Assembly (NCBI GenBank): GCA_963765575.1
Contig: CAVXWZ010000002.1
Span: forward strand, 224,001 to 288,000
Direction: 5' to 3'
Source of the DNA: an uncultured cyanobacterium
Lineage (GTDB): Bacteria; Cyanobacteriota; Cyanobacteriia; PCC-6307; Cyanobiaceae
Length of the DNA: 64,000 bases
Every line of letters starts with the position of its first letter. Within the stretch, counting starts at the first letter, position 1. Below the pieces are notes generated by a model. It worked only from the letters and a program-made list of their open reading frames with translations. It was not told the DNA's origin and made no database searches. Positions 28,688 through 49,355 of the stretch are shown here, piece by piece. The translations under genes were made by a program, and so were the position numbers.

Positions 28688-29855
28688 GCCGCCGCAGAAG
28701 TTCGGGGATGCGCTCCGCCCAGGGGCTGGCCGCCAGCACGGCCCGCAAGTCCGCTTCGCTCACGGCGGCGTCGAGGGCATCGGCGTTGGCCCCGGGAAAC
28801 CAGTGGCTGCCCTGACCCAGCAGGCCGTAGCGGGCACGGGCATAGCCCTCCAGATCCCAGGCCTCGATCAGGTTGTGCAGCCAGAGCAGCACCGGCAGGT
28901 TGATCTGGCCCGGGGTGTCGCCCCAGGCGGGCAGGCCCTGCTCCCAGCTCGCCAGCCAGCTCGCGCCCAGGGCCTCGAGCCGGGCCGTCTCCAGACGCCG
29001 CAGCAGCGGCGGCAGCAGGTCATCGGCCTGCTCCAGCAGCCCCACCGCCTGCAGATGGCGATCGAGATCCTGCGGCCCGGCAGCACCCACACTGATCGTG
29101 TGGATCCCGGGAGCGCTGAGGCAGAAGAGATCGTTGAACACGATCGGATGCAGCGGCGCACACAACTCCTCGATCCGCGCCGAGGGGCTGTGCAGATGGC
29201 CACCCTTGTCGGTGGGGCTGATCACGAACACCCCCATGTCATGGGCCATCGCCAACGCGATGGCGGGGCTGTTGGCCTGGCGGATGAAATACCAGTGCAG
29301 GTTCACGTAGTCGAAGGCGTCGCTGGCGATCGCCTCGCCGATCAGCTCCAGGGGGGCATGGGTGGAGAAGCCGATCGAGCCCACCCGCCCCTCGGCCTGC
29401 CAGCGCCGGGCCACCTCCAGGCAGCCACCGGGCCGCAGGGTGTGCTCCAGGTGCTCGGGCAGGTTGAGGCCATGGATCGCCAGCAGATCCACCCGCTCCA
29501 CCGCCAGCCGCTCGAAGCTGGTGGCCAGCTCCGCCTCGAAGGCGGCCGCATCCGCCTGGGGCGGCACCTTGGTCTGCAGGATGCGCCGGGGATCGCTCAC
29601 CTGCTGCAGCAGCCAGCCCAGCTGGCGCTCACTGGTGCCGTAGTGGCGAGCGGTTTCGATGTGGTGCAGGCCATGGCCCACGGCCTTCTGCAGCAGCGCC
29701 CGCAGGTTGGCCTGGCTGTCGCCAGCGATCTGCTCGGCGGGCAGATCGCTCCAGCTCTGCTGAAAGCGCATCCCCCCCAGGGAGAGCACCGGCATGGCCA
29801 GCTCCGTGCGCCCGAAGCGCCGGCTGGGAATCGGCGCTGGCGGCGGAGCGGCCAT
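28638..29855 (-). CDS. Aldo/keto reductase
   Basis: [30 protein letters not shown] and IGFSTH. Confidence 0.9.
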   Translation of the reverse strand: MAAPPPAPIPSRRFGRTELAMPVLSLGGMRFQQSWSDLPAEQIAGDSQANLRALLQKAVGHGLHHIETARHYGTSERQLGWLLQQVSDPRRILQTKVPPQADAAAFEAELATSFERLAVERVDLLAIHGLNLPEHLEHTLRPGGCLEVARRWQAEGRVGSIGFSTHAPLELIGEAIASDAFDYVNLHWYFIRQANSPAIALAMAHDMGVFVISPTDKGGHLHSPSARIEELCAPLHPIVFNDLFCLSAPGIHTISVGAAGPQDLDRHLQAVGLLEQADDLLPPLLRRLETARLEALGASWLASWEQGLPAWGDTPGQINLPVLLWLHNLIEAWDLEGYARARYGLLGQGSHWFPGANADALDAAVSEADLRAVLAASPWAERIPELLRRLRERLGGQAVQRLMAE

Positions 29856-29860
29856 GGCCT

Positions 29861-30274
29861 TCAGGAGGTCCCGCGGCGCGGCAGGGTGCGCTTGAGGCGC
29901 GACGGGGTGGGCAGTCCCAGGGGCTGAATATCCTGCGTGGCCAACTGGTCCACCAGGCCAGGCACGTCCTCGTAGTCCACCCAGTGGATGCAGTCCACCG
30001 GGCAGGTGTCAATCGCCTCCTGGATGCGGTCAGTGCTGTCGCCGTCCTGGCGGATCGCCCGGGAGCGGCCCCAGTCGGATTCCACCACGAAGGTGTTGGC
30101 GGCCACATGGGCGCAGTAGCGGCAGCCGATGCACACCGCCTCATCCACCCACACGGCCTTTTGGCGGAGCTCACCGCCCAGCACCGGCTCAGCGCCGCTG
30201 GCCAGGGCGTCCGGCGCCGGGGGCGCCGCAAAGGCCAGGGCCGGATCCACCGATGCCGCCACAGACTGCTCCAT
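29861..30274 (-). CDS. Ferredoxin (Fer4_13 type)
   Basis: CIGCRYC...CPVDCI. Confidence 0.88.
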   Translation of the reverse strand: MEQSVAASVDPALAFAAPPAPDALASGAEPVLGGELRQKAVWVDEAVCIGCRYCAHVAANTFVVESDWGRSRAIRQDGDSTDRIQEAIDTCPVDCIHWVDYEDVPGLVDQLATQDIQPLGLPTPSRLKRTLPRRGTS

Positions 30275-30294
30275 GCTCACTGCCAGCCGCCGGC

Positions 30295-30684
30295 TCAGAC
30301 CCAGCGGGTGACCACCAGCTCGATGCTGCCGTCAGCGGTGTCGCTCTGCTCGCTCACCTGGAAACCCTCGTCGAGGCTGGCCGCCAGGATGCTGCGCAGG
30401 GCGTAGCGCTGGTTGAGCTGGGCCAGGAAACGCTCCACCGGCACAGGCTGTTTCCACAGCTGCAGGTCGGCCACCAGCTCATAGCAACCGCTGTCGGGAT
30501 TGAGGCGGAAGCCGATGTCGGTGCCATCGGGCTGGGCGATGGCCAGCTCGGCGGTTTCGATCTGGCCGCGGTAGCCACGCACGCTCTGGCTGCCCTGGCG
30601 GGGCTCATGGCCCATGTCCACGAGGGCCGCATGCAGGGCATCGCGGTCGCGCAGCTCGGTCTTCACGGTGCTGAAGTGGGACAT
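30295..30684 (-). CDS. DUF1257 / Ycf35-like protein
   Basis: MSHFSTVKT, VRGYRG, DIGF, QRYA and GSIELVVTRW. Confidence 0.85.
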   Translation of the reverse strand: MSHFSTVKTELRDRDALHAALVDMGHEPRQGSQSVRGYRGQIETAELAIAQPDGTDIGFRLNPDSGCYELVADLQLWKQPVPVERFLAQLNQRYALRSILAASLDEGFQVSEQSDTADGSIELVVTRWV

Positions 30685-30694
30685 GGCGCAGAAA

Positions 30695-30916
30695 TCAGGA
30701 CAGCGGGGTGGTGGACTGGGCGGCAGGTTGTACCTGGCGTTGGGGATTGGCGATGGCCTGGTAGGCCTCGGCGGTGGGCCGGCGCTGCTGCACGGCACCG
30801 AGACGGGCTTCGAGCCGCTCGGTGAGTTGTTCGCAGCCCGCGCCCACCACGCCTTCCACAAGCTCCTCCACGCGGCCGTCGGGCCGGATGCGGAAGCGGA
30901 TGGTTTGCTGTGCCAT
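30695..30916 (-). CDS. DUF2997 protein
   Basis: IRFRIRPDGRVEE.VEGV.G..C..LT..LE..LG. Confidence 0.82.
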   Translation of the reverse strand: MAQQTIRFRIRPDGRVEELVEGVVGAGCEQLTERLEARLGAVQQRRPTAEAYQAIANPQRQVQPAAQSTTPLS

Positions 30917-30971
30917 CCCAGGCCTGGCAGAGGGTTGGCGGATGCTAACCGCAGAGGACAGGATGCCGTGC

Positions 30972-31796
30972 TCAGCTCAGCAGTCCTTCGTCCACCAGGG
31001 TCTGCAGCCGCTCGAGCACTTCAGGCCGTTCCAGCTGCTCCAGCGCCAAGCGCGCTTCATCGCGCACCCCTGATTCGCCGTCGTGCAGCATCGTCTGCAG
31101 CAGCGACTCCACCAGGTCCTGCTGGCGCGGCTCCACCAGATCGGGGTAGAGACGCCCCAGCCCCCAGGCGCTGTTGCTGCGCACCGCCGGCTCGCTGTCG
31201 ATGCGCAGGCTGAGCAGCAGCTGGGCGGCAGCGGGATCGGCCTTCGCCGGACCGGTGCCGCCGGCATCGGCCAGGGAACTGGCCGCCCAGAGGCGCACCG
31301 CGGCGATGTCCGTCTGCAGGGTGCGGATCAGGGGGTTGAGCACCGGCGCCTCCGGGTAGTTGCCCAGGCTCCAGGCCACCGCCTTGCGCACGTAGCCGTT
31401 GTCGTCGCCGCTCAGCAGGGCCAGCAGGGGCTCCACGGCCAGCGGGCTGGGGTTGCGGCCGAGGGCATAGACCGCGCTCATGCGCAGGATCGGGCAGCTG
31501 CCCCCCAGCAGGGGCAACAGCAGGGGCACCGCCCGCGGGTCGCGGTGCTCGCAGAAGATGCGCAACCCCTGCATCAGGCCTTCGTGGCCGGCGCTGGCCT
31601 CACCGCGGCGCAGCAGCTCCAGACCCCGGTCGCACTCGGCAGCAACGGCCGCCGGCCCGGGCTCGCTGCTGTCGAGCTCGTCGAGGGGGTCGCCGAGCAG
31701 CTCCTGGGCCAGCTCCTGGGCCAGCACCTCGGGGTCGAGGTAGAGCTCGTGGGGGCTCTGCTCCGGGTAGGGACCGCTGGTCACGGCGGCGCTCAA
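30972..31796 (-). CDS. HEAT-repeat (PBS lyase-like) protein
   Basis: Repeated R..A..ALG units. Confidence 0.85.
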   Translation of the reverse strand: MSAAVTSGPYPEQSPHELYLDPEVLAQELAQELLGDPLDELDSSEPGPAAVAAECDRGLELLRRGEASAGHEGLMQGLRIFCEHRDPRAVPLLLPLLGGSCPILRMSAVYALGRNPSPLAVEPLLALLSGDDNGYVRKAVAWSLGNYPEAPVLNPLIRTLQTDIAAVRLWAASSLADAGGTGPAKADPAAAQLLLSLRIDSEPAVRSNSAWGLGRLYPDLVEPRQQDLVESLLQTMLHDGESGVRDEARLALEQLERPEVLERLQTLVDEGLLS

Positions 31797-31918
31797 GCCA
31801 GGGGAGCCGGGGCAGCCATGTCGCTGGGCAGCCAGATGCGGGCGCTCACGGCCACCAGGGCGAGGGCGAAGAGCAGCACGATCGTCGCCGGCAGCAGGGT
31901 GGAGCGAAGAAATTGCAC
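31793..31918 (-). CDS. Small membrane protein (41 aa)
   Basis: GTG start, LLPATIVLLFALALVAVSARIWLPSDM.APAP; in line with neighbouring genes. Confidence 0.6.
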   Translation of the reverse strand: MQFLRSTLLPATIVLLFALALVAVSARIWLPSDMAAPAPLA

Positions 31919-31955
31919 AGTCAGCAAAAGGCAGGGTTGGTGCCGCCTCCCATCA

Positions 31956-33725
31956 TCACCCCTGTGGTGACTGACCCAGCACCTGACGGAGCCCGCCCTG
32001 CAGCCGGGCCCGCTGGCGCAGGGCCGCCAAGCCCAGCACAGCCACCAGCAACCCGCCCCAGCCCCACAGCGGCAGCTTGAGCAGGAAGCCGCCAATCCCC
32101 AGCAGCGCCCCGAACAGCACCGCGCAGCTGCAGACCAGCTGGCTGACCAGGTCCAGCAGCGTTTCCTGGGGCTCCACCCCGGTGCGCCGGCGCCAGTCCC
32201 GCCAACCCGGTCCGGACGGCCGCACCTGGCGCACGAAGTTCTCCAGCACCTCCGCCGACTCGGGCGGGGTGGCCAGCATCGCCACGATCCACACCACCGC
32301 CGTGATCGCCGTGGTGACCAGCAGGCGCTGGCCGTAGTCGTCGATGCGCAGCAGCGGCACCACCGAGGTGGAAAAGCCCACCAGGAAGCCGCCGAGCATG
32401 GCCGCCAGTTCGGCGGCGGCGTTGATGCGCCACCAGAACCAACGCAGCACCAGCACCGCCCCGGGGCCGGTGCCGATGGCGATCACCAGCCGGAACACGG
32501 CGCCGATGCTGGTGCTCAGCAGGGCCGTCATCACCCCCAGCACCACCAGCAGCACCGAGGCCAGCTGGCCGATCAGCAGCAGTTCCCGCTGGCTGGCGGC
32601 GGGCCGCATGAAGCGCTGGTAGAGGTCGTGGGTGAGGTAGCTGGCGCCCCAGTTCACCGCCGTGCTCACGGTGCTCATGAACGCCGCCACCAGGGACACC
32701 ACCACCAGCCCCAGGGCCACCGGCGGCAGCAGCTGCACCGCCAGCAGGGGATAGCTCTGCTCCCAGTCGGTCTGGTCGGGCAGCAGCACCACCGCCGCCA
32801 GGGCCACCAGGATCCAGGGCCAGCTGCGCAGCAGGTAGTTCACCCCCAGAAACACCCAGCCGGCGATCCGGGCCTGGCGCTCGTTGCGGGTGGCCAGCAG
32901 CCGCTGGATGAATTCACCGCCGCCGTCACTGCGGCGGAAGCTCCACCACTGCAGGGCGATGTAGGCCGTGAAGGTGGACACCGAGATGCCGGCCCCCTCG
33001 ATCCAGCGGATGCGGCCGTCCTCCAGCTGCCAGGGCACCAGCGACAGCAACTCCGGGCGATCCAGCGCCCGCAGGCTCTCCAGCAGGGCATCCATACCGC
33101 CGGCGGCGTTCACGGAAGCCCAGGACACGGCCAGAGCACCGCCAAGGGCCAGCACCAGCTGCATCATGTCGGTGACCACCACCGCCCAGAGGCCACCGGC
33201 GGCGGTGTACACGAGCACCAGCAGCCCCACGATCGCCAGCAGCAGGAGGCGCGACTCGGGGGTGGGCGCCAGGCCCAGGGCCTCGCTCACCTTGGCCATG
33301 GCCAGGAAGGCGTAGCCGATGCCGATGCAGTTGATCGGCAGGGCGAACAGGAAGGCCTTGATCCCCCGCAGCCAGGCGGCGGTGGCACCGCCATAGCGCA
33401 ATTCGGTGAAGGCGGCGTCGGTGAGCACGCCACTGCGGCGCCAGAGGGGGGCGAACACCACGGCCATGGCCACATGGGCCACACCGAAGCTCCACCACTC
33501 CCAGTTGCCCGCCAGCCCACGCACCCCCACCAGGCCCGCCACATACAGGGGGGTGTCCACCGAGAAGGTGGTGGCCGCCATGGAGGCCCCGGCCAGCCAG
33601 CCGCTCAGGCGGCGGCCGGCGACGAAGTAGTCGGCCTCGTCGCGGTTGCGGCGCGCCAGCCACAGACCCACCAGCAGGCTGGCCACCAAATAGCCGATCA
33701 GGATCAGCCAGTCGATCGTGTGCAC
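31956..33725 (-). CDS. Sodium:solute symporter family protein
   Basis: DYFVAGR, S.AATTFS, LRY, YT..GGL.AVV.TD, QRLLA and AAFMST. Confidence 0.92.
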   Translation of the reverse strand: MHTIDWLILIGYLVASLLVGLWLARRNRDEADYFVAGRRLSGWLAGASMAATTFSVDTPLYVAGLVGVRGLAGNWEWWSFGVAHVAMAVVFAPLWRRSGVLTDAAFTELRYGGATAAWLRGIKAFLFALPINCIGIGYAFLAMAKVSEALGLAPTPESRLLLLAIVGLLVLVYTAAGGLWAVVVTDMMQLVLALGGALAVSWASVNAAGGMDALLESLRALDRPELLSLVPWQLEDGRIRWIEGAGISVSTFTAYIALQWWSFRRSDGGGEFIQRLLATRNERQARIAGWVFLGVNYLLRSWPWILVALAAVVLLPDQTDWEQSYPLLAVQLLPPVALGLVVVSLVAAFMSTVSTAVNWGASYLTHDLYQRFMRPAASQRELLLIGQLASVLLVVLGVMTALLSTSIGAVFRLVIAIGTGPGAVLVLRWFWWRINAAAELAAMLGGFLVGFSTSVVPLLRIDDYGQRLLVTTAITAVVWIVAMLATPPESAEVLENFVRQVRPSGPGWRDWRRRTGVEPQETLLDLVSQLVCSCAVLFGALLGIGGFLLKLPLWGWGGLLVAVLGLAALRQRARLQGGLRQVLGQSPQG

Positions 33726-35266
33726 GTCGGGCGGCGTCGGTGGGCGCAGTATGAAGGCGGCATCACGGCCGTCCGTCCCTCCTGTCCCAATGCAGAACAG
33801 CTTTTTCGCCGACTCCCTCGATCAGGACACGGTGAAGGAGCGGATCCTGGCGTTGGAGCAGGGCCGGGTGGGCTTCTACAGCGTTGGCCTCTATCCGGCC
33901 TCGATGGCCTACAACAGCGCCATGCATGGCAGCAGCGACCTGCTGCTGCTGGCGCCGCGGCCGGGGCGCTCCCTGTTCGGCGCCTTCGCCGCCAAGGACC
34001 GCGCCGGCATGGATCAGGCCCACGTGGCCACGGTGGAGGGCATGGCCCACCAGCTGGTGGACGGCCGGCCCCAGCCGCACACGCTGGCGTCGCTGATCGA
34101 GCACTGCGATCTGGTGCTGCTGAGCTCCAACAGCAACCACATCGAGCAGGATCTGCAGGAGGCCTGCGACCTGCGCCGCGAACTGGGCCGGGAGCAGGTG
34201 GTGCTGGCCTGCCTGGCGGGCTCCTTCAGCCACGACCCGCTCAGCAACGACTCCTATGTGCTGTGCGAGCGGCAGCCCAATCTGGCCTTCTTCTCGGGCT
34301 TCCACCGCCACGACGCCCTGCGCGATCCGGTGGACAGCTTCACCGCCAATTTCTGCCATCCCAACGCCATCACCGCCCTGCTGGGGGCGCGGCTGCTGGA
34401 TCGCATCTCCCCCAACATCCAGGTGTCGCCGGGGGTGCACAACGTGGAGGCCCAGTACATCAAGGCCGCCAAGAACATCTCCTCGATCTTTGCCGGGTTC
34501 GGCCACTCCTATCACGCTGAAAACACCGGCATCCTGCCCACCCTGCTCACCCTGCTGCTCGACCAGTGCCTCGACCAGGCCTCCTCGGTGTCGATGCGCC
34601 GGCGCGACCGGCAGCGCCTCTACGGCCGCCAGCCTTTTCCGCTCACCGAACTGGGCTATGGCGTGCAGCGCATCGAGGCGGCCCTCAACCGCGGCGGCGA
34701 CATGGAGAAAGTGCGCGACCACACCTTCACCCAGCTCACCGCCATGGTGGCCGATGTGCGCGGCAGCATGATGCTGCCGATGTATGGCAAACCCACCCGC
34801 AACTTCCAGGCGGGACGGATCCTGGCCGAAGGCATGCGGCAGCTTGGGCGCTGCCCCCGTGATGTGGAGGAATTTGAACACTGGTGCGAGCAGGGGGGCC
34901 TGCACAAGGGCGGCCTGGAAGGTCTGAAGGCGTTGCGCTACTGGCCCCAGATTCTGCGCAACTACGGCATCCAGGTGCATGACGCCTCGATGGTCAACCT
35001 GCTCTACATGGCGATCTTCGGCAAACGCGATACCAAGGCGATTGCCTTCCGGGTGATGACCGAGAGCCGGGAACTCTCCAACTACTGCCAGGAATCGGTC
35101 CGCCCCACCCACAGCCGCCGCTATTCCGAGGCCCTGCAGAACCTCGATCGGCCCGGCGCCCTGGAACTGGTGGCCAACGCTGTGATCGCCGACAACGCCC
35201 GCCGCGCCGTGCCCGATGACACCATCAGCGACGACGTCGACAGCGGCGAGGAGAGCCCGGCCTACC

Positions 35267-42580
<7,314 letters not shown>

Positions 42581-42645
42581 GGGGGGCTGGGGCGCGCGGA
42601 GAGCAGAGAAGGCAGGAAGAACGCAGCTGAATAGCCGCGCTGATT

Positions 42646-45600
42646 TCAGTCGTCGTCGTAGTCCGCGACGCCGAGGGACTCGTAGGTGGGCCTGTTGGGG
42701 GTGCTGCGGCGGGGGTTGACGTCCTGCATCAGGTCAACTTCTTCACCCTCATCGGTGTAGACGGCGATGTCCAGACCAAGGGATTGGAGTTCGCGCATCA
42801 GCACCTTGAACGACTCGGGGGTGCCGGGCCTGGGGATGGGCTTGCCCTTGACAATGGCGTTGAGGGCCTCGTTGCGACCCTGCATGTCGTCGGATTTGAC
42901 GGTGAGCAGTTCCTGCAGGGTGTAGGCGGCGCCGTAGGCCTCCAGGGCCCATACCTCCATTTCGCCCAGGCGCTGGCCGCCCTGCTGGGCCTTGCCGCCC
43001 AGGGGCTGTTGGGTCACCAACGAGTAGGGGCCGGTGGAGCGGGCGTGGATCTTGTCATCCACGAGGTGAACCAGCTTGAGGATGTGGGCATAGCCCACGG
43101 TCACCGGCTGATCGAAGGGTTCGCCGGAGCGCCCGTCCACCAGCTGGATCTTGCCGGGATTCTCGGGGTCGTAGACCCATGCCTTGCCGGGCTGGGCGGC
43201 GGCCTCTTCGAGGAAGGTCTGCACCGTCTGCTTCGACTTCTCGGCGCCGTGCATCTCATCGAAGGGCACCACCTTGACCCGGCAGTCGAGGTGCGCTGAG
43301 GCCCAGCCCATCAGGCACTCGAACACCTGACCGACGTTCATGCGGCTGGGCACCCCGAGGGGGTTGAGCACGATGTCGATGGGGGTGCCGTCGGGCAGGT
43401 AGGGCATGTCCTCCCGGGGAAGGATGCGGCTGATGATGCCCTTGTTGCCATGGCGGCCAGCCATCTTGTCGCCCACCTGGATCTTCAGGCGCTTGGCCAC
43501 ATACACCCGCACCACCATGTTCGCGCCGGGCGGCAGTTCATCGCCCTGTTCGCGGGTGTAGATGCGCACATCCACCACGCGGCCGCGCTCGGTGCCGGGA
43601 ACCCGCAGGGAGTTGTCACGCACGTCCCGGGCTTTCTCTCCGAAGATCGCACGCAGGAGTTTTTCTTCCGGCGGCTGGTCGGATTCACCCTTCGGCGTCA
43701 CCTTGCCCACGAGGATATCGCCGCTCTCGACAAAGGCACCGATCCGGATGATGCCCATCTCGTCAAGATTGCCGAGGCTCTCTTCGGCCACATTGGGGAT
43801 TTCACGGGTGATCTCCTCAGGACCCAGCTTGGTCTGCCGGGCTTCGATCTCATATTTCTCGATGTGCACCGAGGTGTAGAGATCGTCGGTGACGAGGCGC
43901 TCACTCAGCAGGATGGCGTCCTCGTAGTTGTAACCCTCCCAGGGCATGTAGGCGATCAGCACATTCTGACCAAGGGCGATCTCGCCGCCCTCGCAGGCCG
44001 AGCCATCGGCCAGCACCTGGCCGGGGATCACCTGGTCGCCCTGTCTCACGATCGGACGCTGGTTCAGGCAGGTGTCCTGGTTGGAGCGCTGATACTTCTG
44101 GAGGTAATGGGTGTGGTCGACACCGTCCTCATCGCGGATCACGATCGCCGTGGCATCCACGAAGGTGACCGTGCCACTGACCCGGGTCACCGGAACCATG
44201 CCGGAGTCGCGGGCAACCTGGGTTTCCAGGCCGGTGCCCACCAGCGGGCGCTCCGGGCGCAGCAGCGGCACCGCCTGGCGCTGCATGTTCGAGCCCATCA
44301 GGGCGCGGTTGGCGTCGTCGTGCTCCAGGAAGGGGATCAGGGAGGTGGCCACCGAGATCACCTGCACCGGCGACAGCTGCACGTAGTCCACCTGCTCCGG
44401 AGGCACCTTCTCGAAGTCCTGCCGGTAGCGCACCGGCACCAGCTCGGAGGTGATGCGCCCTTCGGCGTCGGTGGGCACGTCGCCGGGGGCGACGCGGCAC
44501 TCATCCTCGAGATCGGCGGAGAGATAGATGGGATCGCCCTGCTTGAGCACGATGCCGTTCTCCACCTTCCAGAAGGGGGTCTCGATGAAGCCGTATTCGT
44601 TGACCCGGGCGTGGGTGGCGAGTGAACCGATCAAGCCGGCGTTGGGACCCTCAGGCGTTTCGATCGGGCAGATGCGGCCGTAGTGGGAGGGGTGGATGTC
44701 GCGCACGGCGAAACCAGCCCGCTCGCGGGTGAGTCCCCCTGGGCCGAGGGCGCTGATGCGGCGCTTGTGGGTGAGCTCGGCCAGGGGGTTGGTCTGGTCC
44801 ATGAACTGGCTGAGCTGGCTGGAGCCGAAGAACTCCTTGATCGCCGCCACCAGGGGCTTGGGGTTCACCAACTGGGCCGGGGTGAGCGACTCGGTCTCAC
44901 CCACGGTCATGCGTTCCTTGATGATCCGCTCAAGGCGATTGAGACCCACGCGCACCTGGTTCTGGAGCAGCTCGCCCACCGAGCGCACCCGTCGGTTGCC
45001 GAGGTGGTCGATGTCGTCGAGGCTGGCGCCGCTGACATCGAGCTCGAGGTTGATCAAATAGTTGATGGTGCTGAGCACGTCCTCACGGGTGAGGGTGCGG
45101 GTCGCATCGGGGATCGTGAGCCGCAGCTTCTTGTTGATCTTGTAGCGACCCACCCGGCCGAGGTCGTAGCGCTTGGCGTCAAAAAAGCGGCTGTTGAGCA
45201 GGCTCAGACCGCCGCTCACCGAGGGGGGCTCACCGGGCCGAAGCTTCTTGTAGAGCTCCAGCAGCGCCTGGTCCTCCGAGGAGATGCCCTCGTCGTTGGC
45301 GGCTTCGATCGACTTGTGGTAGTACTCCGGGTGACGCAACTTGTCGAGCACTTCATTGTCCGACAGGCCAATGGCGCGCATCAGCACGTGGGCGTTGATC
45401 TTGCGGGTCTTGTCCACCCGCACGTGCAGGAGGTCGTTCTTGTCAGTCTCAAACTTCAGCCAGGCGCCGCGGTTGGGGATCAGGCTGGCGTTGAAGGTCT
45501 TGCGACCGTTTTTGTCCTGCTCTTCCTTGAAATAGACCCCGGGTGAGCGCACAATCTGGTTCACGATCACGCGCTCGGCGCCGTTGATGATGAACGTGCC

Positions 45601-45936
45601 CCGCTCGGTCATCAGCGGCAGTTCGCCGATGAAGACCTCCTGCTCCTTGACCTCACCGGTCTCTTTGTTGACCAGCCGGCAGGTGACATACATCTGCGAG
45701 GCGAAGGTGGCATCCCGGCGCTTGGCCTCCTCCACGTCGTGGCGGGGCCGCTTGAGGCGGTATTCACTGCCGATGAAATGCAGCTCGAGCTTGCCGGTGT
45801 AATCGGTGATCGGCGAAAAACTTTCCAGCTCTTCGATCAGGCCCTTCTCCAGGAACCACTTGAAGCTCGCCCGCTGCACCTCCACGAGATCGGGCAGGTA
45901 AGTGGCGGTCTTGGCGACCTGGATCGCGCTGCTCAT
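42646..45936 (-). CDS. rpoB: RNA polymerase beta subunit
   Basis: [26 protein letters not shown] and GQRLGEME. Confidence 0.98.
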   Translation of the reverse strand: MSSAIQVAKTATYLPDLVEVQRASFKWFLEKGLIEELESFSPITDYTGKLELHFIGSEYRLKRPRHDVEEAKRRDATFASQMYVTCRLVNKETGEVKEQEVFIGELPLMTERGTFIINGAERVIVNQIVRSPGVYFKEEQDKNGRKTFNASLIPNRGAWLKFETDKNDLLHVRVDKTRKINAHVLMRAIGLSDNEVLDKLRHPEYYHKSIEAANDEGISSEDQALLELYKKLRPGEPPSVSGGLSLLNSRFFDAKRYDLGRVGRYKINKKLRLTIPDATRTLTREDVLSTINYLINLELDVSGASLDDIDHLGNRRVRSVGELLQNQVRVGLNRLERIIKERMTVGETESLTPAQLVNPKPLVAAIKEFFGSSQLSQFMDQTNPLAELTHKRRISALGPGGLTRERAGFAVRDIHPSHYGRICPIETPEGPNAGLIGSLATHARVNEYGFIETPFWKVENGIVLKQGDPIYLSADLEDECRVAPGDVPTDAEGRITSELVPVRYRQDFEKVPPEQVDYVQLSPVQVISVATSLIPFLEHDDANRALMGSNMQRQAVPLLRPERPLVGTGLETQVARDSGMVPVTRVSGTVTFVDATAIVIRDEDGVDHTHYLQKYQRSNQDTCLNQRPIVRQGDQVIPGQVLADGSACEGGEIALGQNVLIAYMPWEGYNYEDAILLSERLVTDDLYTSVHIEKYEIEARQTKLGPEEITREIPNVAEESLGNLDEMGIIRIGAFVESGDILVGKVTPKGESDQPPEEKLLRAIFGEKARDVRDNSLRVPGTERGRVVDVRIYTREQGDELPPGANMVVRVYVAKRLKIQVGDKMAGRHGNKGIISRILPREDMPYLPDGTPIDIVLNPLGVPSRMNVGQVFECLMGWASAHLDCRVKVVPFDEMHGAEKSKQTVQTFLEEAAAQPGKAWVYDPENPGKIQLVDGRSGEPFDQPVTVGYAHILKLVHLVDDKIHARSTGPYSLVTQQPLGGKAQQGGQRLGEMEVWALEAYGAAYTLQELLTVKSDDMQGRNEALNAIVKGKPIPRPGTPESFKVLMRELQSLGLDIAVYTDEGEEVDLMQDVNPRRSTPNRPTYESLGVADYDDD

Positions 45937-46168
45937 GCGTTGAACCTGCAGGATCGGGTGAAAAGGACTGGCCTGTCGGCCTGGACAGCGATGAAGGTTC
46001 GGACGATCCTGGAGACCATCCGGGGATCAGCGTCACGGGCGCCCACGCGAACAGCCGCCCCCACGAAGGGAACGGCTGCCCGGGGGCTGCCCTCAGGAAA
46101 CGCGCTTCAGGGCTGCAGGCTTCGACAACAAGGAGCGGATTCGCATCCAGACCAATGAATCACTATAC
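45937..46168 (-). promoter_or_regulatory. Putative rpoB promoter and long structured leader
   Basis: TATAGT -10-like hexamer at 46163-46168 (minus strand); 14-bp G-U-rich stem at 46049-46081. Confidence 0.45.
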
Positions 46169-47014
46169 AGTGTGAAGGTCGATGCCAAACAGGCGGGCTG
46201 CATTGGCGGTGCTGGTACGGGCCACCAGCTCCAGTGGTTCGCCCCGCAGCTCGGCCACCCGGGCCGCCACGGCCGCCACGTAGGACGGCTCATTGCGTTT
46301 GCCGCGGCGCGGCACCGGCGCGAGGAAGGGGCAGTCGGTCTCGACCAGATAGCGATCGGCGGGCACCTGGCGGGCACAGGTATGGGTGGCTTCGGCCTTG
46401 GGGAAGGTGACCACACCGCTGAAACTGATGAAGAGGCCCAGCGCCAGGAACCCCTGCATCTCCTCAGCCGTGCCCCCCCAGCAATGCATCACCCCGCGGG
46501 CAGGACGCCCGCATCCGGCCCGCTGGCGCAGCTCCGCCAGCATCGGCTCGGCGGCATCGCGGCAATGGATGATCACCGGCAGATCCAGCTCCCAGGCCAG
46601 ATCCAGCTGGGGGCGCAGCGCGGCCAGTTGCTCCTCCAGGTTGGCCTGGTGGAAGAGGTCGAGGCCCAGCTCGCCGATGGCCACCACCCGGGCATCGGCC
46701 CGGGCCGCATCCCGCAGCACCTGGGCGGTGTCGCCAGCCCAGTGCTGGGTGTCCAGCGGATGCACCCCCACCGAGTAGCGGAGCTCAGGGAAGCGATCCG
46801 CCAGGGCGCGGATCGCCGGGATCTCCGAGGGCTCAACGCAGGCGTGAATCAGGGCCTTGACCCCCGCCCGACGCCAGCGGGCAGCGACGTCGTCGAGGTC
46901 CGCATCAAAGTTGCGGAAGACGATGTGGCAATGGGAATCCACCAGCGGCGGCCCTGGGGCTGCGCTGGAATCGGCCCGCTCGCTCGCGGCAACGGCTGGA
47001 GTCACGGGGGTCAT
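46163..47014 (-). CDS. tatD: TatD family hydrolase
   Basis: DSHCH, GVHP, GELGLD, IHCR, MHC and ETDCPF. Confidence 0.93.
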   Translation of the reverse strand: MTPVTPAVAASERADSSAAPGPPLVDSHCHIVFRNFDADLDDVAARWRRAGVKALIHACVEPSEIPAIRALADRFPELRYSVGVHPLDTQHWAGDTAQVLRDAARADARVVAIGELGLDLFHQANLEEQLAALRPQLDLAWELDLPVIIHCRDAAEPMLAELRQRAGCGRPARGVMHCWGGTAEEMQGFLALGLFISFSGVVTFPKAEATHTCARQVPADRYLVETDCPFLAPVPRRGKRNEPSYVAAVAARVAELRGEPLELVARTSTANAARLFGIDLHTV

Positions 47015-47093
47015 GGCGCAAAGGGAAACAGGCGCGCCCTGCCGCGAGGGAGCATGGACGGCGGCAGGGCCGGCGCCATGCTGGCGAAGCCGC

Positions 47094-47459
<366 letters not shown>

Positions 47460-47537
47460 TCATGGCGCCCCAGCCTGGGCCGGCTCGAAGACTTGACCCC
47501 AGCCGCCTAATTTGAACGCCGAGACCAGCTGATCCCC

Positions 47538-48877
<1,340 letters not shown>

Positions 48878-48881
<4 letters not shown>

Positions 48882-48922
48882 TCGGGACTGCCCTGATCGC
48901 GACTGCTCTGATCGGGACCGTG
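48878..48922. repeat. 15-bp tandem repeat x3 starting at the hisD stop
   Basis: ctgatcgggactgcc / ctgatcgcgactgct / ctgatcgggaccgtg. Confidence 0.8.
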
Positions 48923-48944
48923 GGGAAACCGGCCCCGAAGCCGC

Positions 48945-49355
48945 TCAGCCGGCGGGAGATGTTGGCTTGTACTCCGGCTCCGGGTCCCGGTCCGGGTCCG
49001 GCTCGCAAACAAACTCCCTGATCGTGCCCTGCCCCTCGCGCAGGCGGAAGCGGGGCTGGTCAGGGTCCTCCAGGCTCCACCACCACTTGCCATCGCTGTA
49101 GCTGGGGGCACCGGCGTTGTTGGTGCGCGGAAGCTGCAACACCAGCTCGCGCCAGCGCAGCACCACAAAGCCCCCCGGCACGGTGCCGGCCGCCACGTTG
49201 GGGATGTCGAGGGCATCCACCGGCCCGTTGTCGGCGCTGGCCAGGAGCAGATCACCGTCGCAGCGGAAGGCCTCCTCGCCCATTGCCGCCCCGGGCGAGA
49301 CCACCAGGAGCAGCGCCAGCAGGGGCCCCAGGAGTGGCGAGAGCAGGGACGCCAT
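48945..49355 (-). CDS. Secreted protein, possibly MliC/PliC-like
   Basis: Signal peptide, two terminal Cys and LPRTNNAGAPSYSDGKWWW. Confidence 0.55.
   Translation of the reverse strand: MASLLSPLLGPLLALLLVVSPGAAMGEEAFRCDGDLLLASADNGPVDALDIPNVAAGTVPGGFVVLRWRELVLQLPRTNNAGAPSYSDGKWWWSLEDPDQPRFRLREGQGTIREFVCEPDPDRDPEPEYKPTSPAG

Noticed and set aside
31956..33725. SSS symporter as a biotin importer compensating for bioF
   Set aside because: Substrate cannot be inferred from the sequence; host-like composition and no link to the bio operon
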